Below are positions 1 to 9,100 of a DNA stretch of 64,000 bases, in pieces. The notes under the pieces were generated by a model. That model worked only from the letters and a program-made list of their open reading frames with translations. It did not search any database and had not been told where the DNA came from. Every line of letters starts with the position of its first letter. Position 1 is the stretch's first letter. The DNA is from Candidatus Hydrogenedentota bacterium (GTDB taxonomy: Bacteria; Hydrogenedentota; Hydrogenedentia; Hydrogenedentales; CAITNO01), in NCBI GenBank assembly GCA_012730045.1, contig JAAYBR010000002.1, positions 28,911 to 92,910 on the forward strand, read 5' to 3'. Position numbers and translations under genes: made by a program.

Positions 1-1
1 C

Positions 2-376
2 CGGGCGGCGCGGGAACGCGTAACCGCCTCGGGGGCCGCCGGCCTGCCCGTGGCGGTGAACGAGATGCAGGCCCCGTTCGTGAAATGGGCGGGGTTCAGG
101 ACCCCCGTGGTCTTTGGCCGCGGGGAGGAGCCGGGGGCGGCGGAACCGGCCGCCCTGGCGGGCGACGCGCGGAAGGCCGGGGTGCGGGCGGTGGTCAACA
201 ACCTGCAGAGCGGCAACCCAAAGGCGGCGGAGACACTGGCGGCGGAACTGGGCGTGCCGCTGGTGACGCTGTCCAATTTCCCGGGCGCGGACCCGGACGC
301 ATCCTCCTGGGAGGCGGCGCTGGATGCAAATCTGGACCGCCTGCTGGACGCGCTGAAGCCCGGCGGCACGGAATGA
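2..376 (+). CDS. C-terminal part of a metal (Zn/Mn) ABC transporter substrate-binding protein, ZnuA/TroA-like; 5' end lies outside the window
   Basis: ORF is open to the window edge. The tail (…VVNNLQSGNPKAAETLAAELGVPLVTLSNFPG…) resembles ZnuA C-termini. Its stop overlaps the ATG of the next ABC ATPase gene (ATGA). Confidence 0.55.
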   Translation, partial: RAARERVTASGAAGLPVAVNEMQAPFVKWAGFRTPVVFGRGEEPGAAEPAALAGDARKAGVRAVVNNLQSGNPKAAETLAAELGVPLVTLSNFPGADPDASSWEAALDANLDRLLDALKPGGTE

Positions 377-1116
377 GCGCGCCGGTCGTCGAGATACAGA
401 ACGCCGTGGTCGCCTACCGTTCGGGGGTGGCGCTGGACGGCGTGTCCCTCTGCGTGAACGCGGGGGAGGCGGTGGGCATTCTCGGCCCCAACGGCACGGG
501 AAAGAGCACCCTGCTGATGCTGGTCAACGGGCTGGTCCGCCCGCAGTCGGGGTCGGTGCGCGTGCTGGGCGGGGAGCCTTTCCGCGCGATGCGGGGTTAC
601 CGGCTCCGCCGCCGCATCGGCTACCTGGCCCAGACCCAGCGGATTGACCCGCGCCTGCCCGTGACGGTGCGCGAGACGGTGGCGGCGGGACGCTACGGCC
701 GCATCGGGCTGCTGCGCCGCATGGGCCGGGCCGACCGGCGCGCCGTGGCGGAGGCGATGGACCGCATGGGCGTGGCGCACCTGTCGGGGCGGCCGCTGGG
801 CCACCTGTCCGGCGGCGAGCTCCAGCGGACGGCGCTGGCGCGCGCGCTGGCCCAGGAGCCGGAAATCCTGCTGCTGGACGAGCCGACGGCGTCGGTGGAC
901 CCCGGCGCGCGCGGCGCGCTGCTGGCGCATGTGGACGCGCTGCCCGCGTTGACGGGCGCGGCGATGCTCTATGTCACCCACGAGACCGGCGCGGTTCCGG
1001 GCGTATGCGCGCGCCTGGCCCTGATGCGGGCGGGGCGCGTGTGGCGCGACGGACCGCGCGCGGAGATGCTGGCGGCGGACACCCTCCGCGCGCTCTACGG
1101 GGAGGAGGGTCTGTGA
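373..1116 (+). CDS. ABC transporter ATP-binding protein, metal-uptake type (ZnuC/TroB-like)
   Basis: Walker A GPNGTGKST, ABC signature LSGGELQR and Walker B ILLLDEP. The start ATG overlaps the upstream stop. Confidence 0.85.
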   Translation: MSAPVVEIQNAVVAYRSGVALDGVSLCVNAGEAVGILGPNGTGKSTLLMLVNGLVRPQSGSVRVLGGEPFRAMRGYRLRRRIGYLAQTQRIDPRLPVTVRETVAAGRYGRIGLLRRMGRADRRAVAEAMDRMGVAHLSGRPLGHLSGGELQRTALARALAQEPEILLLDEPTASVDPGARGALLAHVDALPALTGAAMLYVTHETGAVPGVCARLALMRAGRVWRDGPRAEMLAADTLRALYGEEGL

Positions 1117-1955
1117 GCGGCTGGGCGATTTTCCACTACGCCTACCTGCAGAACGCGGTGCTGGCGGGGCTGCTGGGCGGCGCCGCGTGCGCGGTCGTGG
1201 GGGTGTTTGTCGTGACGATGCACCTCTCCTTCCTGGGCGTGGGCATCGCGCATGCGGCCTTCGCCGGGGCGCTGTTCTCGCTGCTGGTGGGGGCGCCGCC
1301 CCTGTTCGGCGCGCTGCTCTTCGGCCTGGTGACCGCCGCCGCCGTGGGGCCCCTGGCCGACCGCGCGGAGTTCGGCCCGGACACCGCCACGGGCATCCTG
1401 TTCTCCCTCATGATGGGGCTGGCCTTCCTGTTCCTCGGGCTGACGCCGGGGGCCAAGACGGAGGCCCTGGGCCTGTTCTGGGGCAGCATCCTCACGCTCA
1501 CGCGGGGGGACGTGCTGGTGCTGGCGGGGGTGGCGGGCGTCCTCGCGGCCTTCCTCCTGCTGTTCTACAAGGAAATCCAGGCCGTGGTGTGCCACCGCCA
1601 GGTGGCGCGGGCCGTGGGCATCCCCGCGGCGGCCGTCACCTACGGCATCCTGCTCGTCACGGGGCTGGTCATCGCCGCCGCCCTGCCCGGCGTGGGGGGC
1701 CTGCTGGTGTACACCCTGGTCATCAACCCGGCCGCCGCCGCCCACCAGCTCACCTGGCGCTTCCGCAGCATGCTCCTGCTTGCGGCGGTGTTCGGCGTCC
1801 TGTCATGCTGGACCGGCCTCGCCCTGTCGTGGATGTTCAACCTCCCCGCGGGCGCGGTCATTGTGCTGGTGTCCACGGCGGTCTTCGCCGCGGCCGCCGT
1901 GTTTTCCCCGAAGAGAAAGGCCGCCCGATGGACCGAGAAGAACGCCGCCGCCTGA
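1113..1955 (+). CDS. ABC transporter permease (ZnuB/TroC-like, ABC-3 family)
   Basis: Polytopic hydrophobic protein in an operon with the ATPase. GTG start overlaps the upstream stop (GTGA). Confidence 0.8.
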   Translation: MSGWAIFHYAYLQNAVLAGLLGGAACAVVGVFVVTMHLSFLGVGIAHAAFAGALFSLLVGAPPLFGALLFGLVTAAAVGPLADRAEFGPDTATGILFSLMMGLAFLFLGLTPGAKTEALGLFWGSILTLTRGDVLVLAGVAGVLAAFLLLFYKEIQAVVCHRQVARAVGIPAAAVTYGILLVTGLVIAAALPGVGGLLVYTLVINPAAAAHQLTWRFRSMLLLAAVFGVLSCWTGLALSWMFNLPAGAVIVLVSTAVFAAAAVFSPKRKAARWTEKNAAA

Positions 1956-2539
1956 CCCGGAAAACGCGGGGCTTTTTCGACGCCCTCGCCCCCCGGTGGG
2001 AGGGCATCATCGCCGACGGGCACGCCGAACGGCTCCGGGCACTCCTGTCCCCCGTCCTGTTTGACGGCGCGCGGCGCGTGCTGGACGTGGGGGCCGGGTC
2101 CGGCGTGCTGTGGCCCATCCTGCGCGAGAGGCTGGATGCCACTGCCCTGCTGGCCGCCGTGGATTTGTCGGCTGCCATGCTTAAACAGGGTCCGGCGGCC
2201 GCCGCCGCCCCGCTGGTGGCCGACGGCGAGGAGCTGCCGTTCGGCGACGGCGCCTTCGACTGGGTCTTCTGCAACAGCTGTTTCCCCCACTTCACGGACC
2301 AGGGGGCCGCCCTGGCGGAAATGTGCCGCGTGCTGGGGCCGGGGGGCACCCTGGTGGTGTGCCACAGCGAGAGCCGGGCGGCCATCAACGAGATTCACCG
2401 CCAGACCGGGGGCCAGGTCGGCGGGCATGAACTGCCGGAGGATGGGGAGATGGTCCTGCTGGCGCGGGGGTCGGGGCTCACCCCCTCGCTGCTCCTGGAC
2501 GGCAAGAAGGGGTACCTCTTCCTGGCGCAACGTGCCTGA
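1928..2539 (+). CDS. class I SAM-dependent methyltransferase
   Basis: VLDVGAGSG (motif I) and an acidic loop …FDWVFC…, 203 aa. The long upstream extension of the ORF (1187..) runs antisense through the permease and is rejected. Confidence 0.7.
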   Translation: MDREERRRLTRKTRGFFDALAPRWEGIIADGHAERLRALLSPVLFDGARRVLDVGAGSGVLWPILRERLDATALLAAVDLSAAMLKQGPAAAAAPLVADGEELPFGDGAFDWVFCNSCFPHFTDQGAALAEMCRVLGPGGTLVVCHSESRAAINEIHRQTGGQVGGHELPEDGEMVLLARGSGLTPSLLLDGKKGYLFLAQRA

Positions 2540-2641
2540 CAGCGTCCTCCGCGCCCTTCCATTGTGTTATTCCCGCCCAAACGGCTATACTTTGGGCAGG
2601 CAGGCGAGGGGGCACACGATGAAACAGGAGACTACAGCCCG

Positions 2642-3658
2642 GTGATTATTGTAATGGCATCCTCCAAGAAGGAGGACGTGGCCCATGTGGTCCATAAAAT
2701 CGAGGAAATGGGCTACAAGGCCCATGTCATCGTGGGGGTCGAGCGCACGGTGGTGGCGGCGGTGGGCGATGAGCGGGGCAAGGAGCGCCTGATCTCGCTG
2801 GAGGCGCTGCCCCATGTGGAGAAGGTCTTCCCCATCCTGAAGCCGTTCAAACTGGCGGGACGGGAGGTGAAGAGCGACCCCTCCATTGTGTCGGCGGGAA
2901 AGGCCCGGTTCGGCGGGGGCTTCTTCTCGGTGGTCGCGGGGCCCTGCGCGGTGGAGTCGGAGGGGCAGATCAAGGAGAGCGCCCGGCTGGTGCGGGACGC
3001 CGGGGCGGCCATGCTGCGCGGGGGCGCCTACAAGCCGCGCACCTCGCCGTACAGCTTCCAGGGCATGGAGCTGGAGGGGCTCAAGCTGCTGTGGGCCGCC
3101 GGCCAGGAGACGGGGCTGCCGGTGGTGACCGAGGCGGTGACGCCGGACCAGGTCGCCGTGGTGGCCCAGTTCGCGGACATGATCCAGATCGGCGCGCGGA
3201 ACATGCAGAACTTCGCGCTGCTGCGGGCGGCGGGCAGGGCGGGCAGGCCGGTCATCCTCAAGCGGGGCATGATGTCCACCATCAACGAGTTTCTCATGTC
3301 GGCGGAGTACATCCTGTCCGAGGGGAACCCCGACGTGATCCTCTGCGAGCGGGGCATCCGCACCTTTGAGACCGAGACCCGCAACACGCTGGACATCCAG
3401 GCGGTGCCTGTGATCCGGCAGATCAGCCACCTGCCCATAATCATTGACCCCAGCCACGCCGCCGGGCGGTGGGAGCTGGTGACCCCGATGGCCTGCGCCG
3501 CCGTGGCCGCGGGGGCGGACGGCCTCCTGGTGGAGGTGCACCCCAACCCGGCGGAGGCGATGTCCGACGGACAGCAGTCGCTCAAGCCGGAGCGCTTCGT
3601 CCAGATGATGGACGCCGTCAGGCCCCTGCTCGCCGTGATGAAGAAGGAACTGTGCTAG
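2642..3658 (+). CDS. aroF: 3-deoxy-7-phosphoheptulonate (DAHP) synthase, type I-beta (Thermotoga-like, with N-terminal regulatory domain)
   Basis: Strong collinear similarity to Thermotoga-type DAHPS (…GPCAVES…LRGGAYKPRTSPYSFQG…IQIGARNMQNF…ILCERGIRTFE…DPSH…). A GTG start with an AGGAG SD 10 nt upstream gives 338 aa. Confidence 0.9.
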   Translation: MIIVMASSKKEDVAHVVHKIEEMGYKAHVIVGVERTVVAAVGDERGKERLISLEALPHVEKVFPILKPFKLAGREVKSDPSIVSAGKARFGGGFFSVVAGPCAVESEGQIKESARLVRDAGAAMLRGGAYKPRTSPYSFQGMELEGLKLLWAAGQETGLPVVTEAVTPDQVAVVAQFADMIQIGARNMQNFALLRAAGRAGRPVILKRGMMSTINEFLMSAEYILSEGNPDVILCERGIRTFETETRNTLDIQAVPVIRQISHLPIIIDPSHAAGRWELVTPMACAAVAAGADGLLVEVHPNPAEAMSDGQQSLKPERFVQMMDAVRPLLAVMKKELC

Positions 3659-3674
3659 GAACCGCGGGAATCCG

Positions 3675-4286
3675 TTGACCATGACCGAAGAAAACCCCGG
3701 ACAGGACGTCCCCGAGATCGAGGAGTCCGAACTGGAGCTCGAGCAGGTGGAGATGCTTAGCCGGGAGGAGACCCGGCAGGCGCTCTACGCCATGCTGTTC
3801 TCCAGCGACCGCCCCATGAGCGCCTCCCGCCTGGCGGAGGCCCTGGGAGACATAGACGCGGAGATCGTGTCGAACCTGCTCGCCGAACTGGCCCACCAGG
3901 TCAACGGCAACGCGCTGGTGCCCTATGTCCTCAAGGAAATCGCGGGCGGATACCAGCTGCTCACCAAGCCCCAGTACGCGCCGTTCATCCGCCGCCTGCT
4001 CCGGGTGAAGAAGAGCAACCGCATGTCCCGGTCGCTGCTGGAGACGCTGGCCATCATCGCCTACAAGCAGCCCGTGACGCGCGCGGAGGTCGAGGCCATC
4101 CGGGGGGTCAGCGTGTCCTACGCCTTTGACCAGCTCCAGGAAAAGCGGCTGGTCAAAGTGGCCGGCATATCGGACCTGCCCGGCCGCCCGAAACTGTACC
4201 GCACCACCGATGAGTTCCTCGTGACCTTCGGGCTGCGAAGCATCAAGGAGCTCCCCTCCCTGGACGAGCTGCGCGTGCATGACTGA
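3675..4286 (+). CDS. scpB: segregation and condensation protein B
   Basis: Two winged-helix ScpB motifs (…LETLAIIAYKQPVTRAEVEAIRGV…); TTG or ATG start. Confidence 0.85.
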   Translation: MTMTEENPGQDVPEIEESELELEQVEMLSREETRQALYAMLFSSDRPMSASRLAEALGDIDAEIVSNLLAELAHQVNGNALVPYVLKEIAGGYQLLTKPQYAPFIRRLLRVKKSNRMSRSLLETLAIIAYKQPVTRAEVEAIRGVSVSYAFDQLQEKRLVKVAGISDLPGRPKLYRTTDEFLVTFGLRSIKELPSLDELRVHD

Positions 4287-5031
4287 GAACGCCGTCAGAC
4301 TCCAGAAATTCCTCGCCGAGTGCGGCGTCGCCTCGCGGCGCGCCTCGGAGGAGCTGATCGCGGAGGGGCGCGTCGCCGTGAACGGCGTGACGGCGCGGAT
4401 CGGCCAGACGGTGACCCCCGGCGCGGACCGTGTGACGCTGGACGGCCGGGCCGTCGGGGAGACGGAGGAGAAGGTCTACCTGCTGCTGAACAAGCCGCGC
4501 AACTGCGTGACGACCGCCCGGGACACCCACGGCCGCAGGACGGTGCTGGAGTGCGTGCGCGGCCTGAACTCGCGGGTGTTCCCCGTGGGGCGGCTTGACT
4601 TCGACGTGGAGGGCGCGCTGCTCCTGACCAACGACGGCGAGCTGGCCTTCCGTCTGATGCACCCCCGTTTCGAGGTGGAGAAGGTCTATCTGGCCTGGGT
4701 GCTGGGCGCCGTGACGCCGGAGGCGGTCCGCCGGCTGGAAAGCGGCGTGCGGTTGGAGGACGGCATGACCTCCCCCGCGAAGGCGGCGGTCCTAAACGGC
4801 GGGCCGAAGACCTCGCTCATCCGCCTCACGATCCACGAGGGGCGCAAGCACGAGGTGAAGCGCATGTGCGCCGCCGTGGGCCACCCGGTCCACGCGCTGC
4901 GGCGGGTGGAGTTCGCCGGACTGCCCGTGGAGGGGCTCCGCCCGGGCGAGTGGCGCTGCCTGACGGCGGACGAGGTGGCGCGCCTGCGCGCCCTGGCCGA
5001 AGAAGGGTCCCCGCCCCCCCCTACTCCCTGA
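4279..5031 (+). CDS. rluB: RNA pseudouridine synthase, RsuA/RluB family (S4 domain plus catalytic domain)
   Basis: S4 RNA-binding N-terminus (…LQKFLAECGVASRRASEELI…) and the catalytic motif …PVGRLDFDVEGALLLTNDGE…. Confidence 0.85.
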   Translation: MTENAVRLQKFLAECGVASRRASEELIAEGRVAVNGVTARIGQTVTPGADRVTLDGRAVGETEEKVYLLLNKPRNCVTTARDTHGRRTVLECVRGLNSRVFPVGRLDFDVEGALLLTNDGELAFRLMHPRFEVEKVYLAWVLGAVTPEAVRRLESGVRLEDGMTSPAKAAVLNGGPKTSLIRLTIHEGRKHEVKRMCAAVGHPVHALRRVEFAGLPVEGLRPGEWRCLTADEVARLRALAEEGSPPPPTP

Positions 5032-5959
5032 GCAGCCCCGCGCGGCGCTTGCGCCAGGTGTCGTAGAAGACGAGCGTCACCAGCAGCGCCCCGATGAGCA
5101 CCTGCTGCCAGTCCACAGAGATGCCCTCCAGATTGCAGAAGTTGTAGAGAACACTCATGATGAGCGCTCCGGCAATCGCCGCCAGCGCGCCGCCCTCCCC
5201 CCCCGCCAGGCTCGCGCCGCCGATGACGCAGGCCGCAATCGCGTACAGTTCGTGCATTTCCGCCGCCGTGGGCGAGGCGACGCTGGAGCGCGCGGCGAGC
5301 ATCATGCCCCCCAGCCCCGCCATGGCACCGCTTACTGAATAGGCGATGACGCGCACCCGGTCAACCGGAATGCCGGAGAGGCGCGCCGCCTCGGCGTTGC
5401 CGCCGACGGCGTACAGGGCGCGGCCGAACTGGGTGTAGCGCAGGACCAGGGAGAACAGGACCGCCAGCGCCACCATCACGGCCACGGGCATCCACCACCC
5501 CCACGCGCCCGTGCCTCCGAGGATCATGAGCGGCGGCGGCACCGGCACAGGGCGCGCGCCGGACACCACCAGGGTCAGCCCGCGGGCCGCCATCATCATG
5601 CCCAGCGTGGTGATGAAGGGGGCGATGCGGCCCCGGGTGGTCAGGAGCCCGGTGAACAGGCCGCAGGCGAGCCCTGCGGCCACGCCGACCGGCAGGGCCG
5701 CCTGCCACGGCCAGCCATGCTGCACGGCGAGGCAGCCGATCATGCCCCCGAAGGCCGCCACACTGCCCACGGACAGGTCAATGCCCGCAGCCAGCACGAC
5801 CAGCAGCTCGCCCAGGGCGATGACGCCCACCACGGCGGTGCGCTGCGCCACGCTCTTGAGATTGGCGGTCCCCCGGAAGTCCGGGGAATAGACGGCCAGC
5901 ACCACGCAGAGCCCCGCCAGAATGAAGAGGGCTGAATGCCGGGCGAGAAAGCGCTTCAT
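5021..5959 (-). CDS. sugar ABC transporter permease (RbsC/AraH-like); no cognate ATPase or substrate-binding protein in the window
   Basis: About ten hydrophobic helices. Begins MKRFLARH… inside the longer ORF. Confidence 0.75.
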   Translation of the reverse strand: MKRFLARHSALFILAGLCVVLAVYSPDFRGTANLKSVAQRTAVVGVIALGELLVVLAAGIDLSVGSVAAFGGMIGCLAVQHGWPWQAALPVGVAAGLACGLFTGLLTTRGRIAPFITTLGMMMAARGLTLVVSGARPVPVPPPLMILGGTGAWGWWMPVAVMVALAVLFSLVLRYTQFGRALYAVGGNAEAARLSGIPVDRVRVIAYSVSGAMAGLGGMMLAARSSVASPTAAEMHELYAIAACVIGGASLAGGEGGALAAIAGALIMSVLYNFCNLEGISVDWQQVLIGALLVTLVFYDTWRKRRAGLLRE

Positions 5960-6124
5960 GAACGGAATCCTTTGGTCCGATTGGCTTGGGGCGGCGGAAA
6001 CGCGGCGGGGGCAGCCGCGCCCGGCTATTCTATCCGCCCCCCGGGCGCGGTGCAACCCGGAATACGCGAAGGGGCCCGGCCCGCCTCTCGGCGAACCGGG
6101 CCCCGGGTTCAAGATGTCAGCGTT

Positions 6125-9100
6125 TTACCCGCGGCGGCGCCGCAGTGCGGCGGTGCCCGCCAGGGCCAGCCCCGCAGCCGCAGCCGCCAGACCGCCCAGG
6201 CCGGCGACCGGCGTGCCATACGCCACCGTCAGCTCGCACTGGGCCGTCAGGGTGTCGGTGTAGCTGTCGAAGGCGGTCAGCACGTAGGTGCCCGCGTCTT
6301 CAAACGCCACGTTGGTGAGCTGCAGGTCCGAGCCGTTCGGCAGGGTCGCCGTCGGCGCGACGGGCACCCCGTTGAACTGCCATTCGAAGAACACCGGGTC
6401 ATGCCCGCCCGTGGTGCGGACGCGCAGCAGGTAGTCCTTGCCGAAGATCGCCGTGTCCTCCGCCGGAATCGTCTGCGTGAAGGCCAGACGCGCGGCCAAG
6501 GTGAGCGTGGCCTCGTTGGACGGATAGGCGCCGCGGTCGTCCGTCACAACGCACCAGTAGGTGCCCGCGTTGTTCACCGACAGGTTGTTCAGCGTGAGCA
6601 CGGGCGAATTCACGCCCACGTTGGTGACGACGCCCGCCCGCTGGCGCTTCCACTGGAAGGACCGCGTGCCCTTGCCACCGCCCACGACCACCTGGAAGAA
6701 CACGCTGTCATCGTAGTAGGCGCGGCGCGCCTGCGGGTGCTGGATGAACGTGATCAGCTGACCCGCGTAGAGGTTGCGTTCGGCGTAGTCCGAACCGGCC
6801 GTGTTTGTCACCGTGCAGCGGTACAGGCCCTCGTTTGCGGCCTGCACGTTGGTGAAAGAGAGCACCGGTTCCGTGATGCCCGTCACGTTGCCCTCCGCGA
6901 TGGGAGCGCCATCCTTCGTCCACAGGTAGGTGAACGGCGGGGTGCCGCCCGACACCTGGACCGTGAGCGTGGCGGGGCTGCCGAAGGGCGCGACCCCGTC
7001 GCTCGGGTTCGGGGTGATCCCGGAGACCTCGGGCGCCAGGTTCAGGGCGAGCGTGGCGGGGTTGGACACCACGATCCCGTCTGTCCCGTCCAGCTCGCAG
7101 GTGTACACGCCCACATCGGCCTGGGCCGCCGAGGCGATGTTGTATTCAATCACCAGCGGGGCCGCCGCGAGGGTGCCCGCCGCGCCGGGACCCGTGAGCG
7201 CCACACCGTTCAGCTTCCACTGGTAGCCGATCGGCAGTGTGCTGAGATCGCCCACCGTCACGGTGAACGTGACCGGCTCGCCCGGGTCAACGATCACGCT
7301 GGCGGGGTGGCCGACAATGTAGGGGTCGCTGATCCGCAGGTTGGCCATGGCGGAGTCCACGGCACCGTCCGCGCTGGTCACGCGGCAGAAGTAATCGCCC
7401 ACCTCCGCCTCGGTCACCGGGGAGACCACCAGGGTGTCCGTCGTGCTGAGCACCGTCGCGCCGCCATCCTTGAACCACTCATAGGACAGCGCGCTGCCCA
7501 CGGCGCCCACGCTGAACGTGGCCGACCCGTTAAGCGACGCAATCTGACTCTGCGGCTGCATGGTGATGGCCGGGTCGAGCACGTTCAGATCGGCCCGGTT
7601 GCTGAACACGGCGTTCGCGCCGGACTGGTAATCGTTGCTGATGCGGCAGCGGTACCCGCCCGCCGGCCAAGTAGGCGGCTCATCGGCGTTTTCCGCGGCC
7701 GTGATGGTCAGGGTGGACAGGGTGCCCTGGGTGTCCACCGACGCGCGCGGGTTCACTCCGGTCACCTCCTGGTCTTCCTCGTCCAGCCAGGTCATCTGCA
7801 GGCCCGGAAGGCTGCCCACAACGGAGCAGATCAGCGTGGCCGTGTCCCCGTACCTGACGGCGGAACTCACCGGATGCGCAACGACCAGAATCGGCTCGTA
7901 AACGGTGATCTGCGCCCAGTCGGAGTTGACCCAGTCGTTGTCGGGGTCGCCGGTGGTGTTAATGGCGCGGCTCGCCGAGTTGCGGATCTTCACGCGGTAC
8001 CTGCCCGCGTCGGACAGGAGCGCGCCGGTGCCCGAAAGGGGCAGCAGGATCGAGTTCGAGACCGCGGCCCCCGTTGTCAGGCGAAGCAGGATTTCCTCGC
8101 CGGGCTGGCCCTCCTTGACCCACATGTAGTCGAACACCGGCGTGCCGCCGGACAGGCCCACTTCGAGCGTGAAATTTCCGCCCACCGGCACGTTCTGGCT
8201 CAGGGGCATGGTGGCGATCACCGGCACGTTGTTGACCGTGAGCGTGGCCGGGTTGGAGCTCAGGTCGCCGTCGGGCCCCGTGAGCGTGCACACATAGACG
8301 CCCTCGTCCGCGTCACGAACGCCGGTGAGGACCAGCGTCTCCGCAGTGGATCCGGTGATCACCGTGCCCTCGGGCGTGGTGCCGTCCGCGAGGGGCGCGC
8401 CGTCCTTGAACCACTGGATGGCGTTGACGGTGCCCGCCGTGGTCACGGCGAATTCCACCACGGCCAGCGGATCCACGACCTGCGACACAGGCTGCGTCAG
8501 CAGCGCCGGGTCGGAGACGGTCAGCACGCCGCCGGAGAGAAGGAACGAGGCGCCGCCCGCGGAGGGATCGGTCACAAGGCACTCATAGAGGCCCTCGTCC
8601 GCGTTCACGCAGTCGGAGATGGTGAGGATGGCCGTCGCGGCGCCGGCATACTTGGCGCCGTCCGAGAGGTCAATCCCGTCGTGCCGCCACTGGTAGACCA
8701 GGCCGGGGAAGTCCCCGGCAAGCACGGAGAACTGCGCCGGGCCCTCAACGTTGGCCGTCAGGGTCTCAGGCTGCACCTGCGGGAGGCGCACCGCGAGGGC
8801 AAACACGCCCGCAGGCACCGTCGTGGTCCACACCCGGCCGGCGGGAAGCACGCCCGGCGCACCACCCGCGCCGTTGATCAGCACGGGGGGATTCGACCCG
8901 ACCACCACGGCCACATTGTCCATGGGCTGGAGGGAGGTGTTCTTCACCACGAGCTGGTCGTGGCCCTCGTACACGGAGTAGTTCGCCGCCGGGGGCTGTC
9001 GCAGCACGCAGGCGCGCATTTGGCCGTTGTCCGGAAGCAGCGCGTCCACCTGCACCTTGTTCCAGAAGGCGGCCTTGAGCCAGCCGGCCGCCGCGGGGCC

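Noticed and set aside
1187-1927. N-terminal 247 codons of the 450-aa ORF 1187..2539
   Set aside because: They overlap the ABC permease in a different frame and are low-complexity. The real methyltransferase starts at the ATG at 1928.
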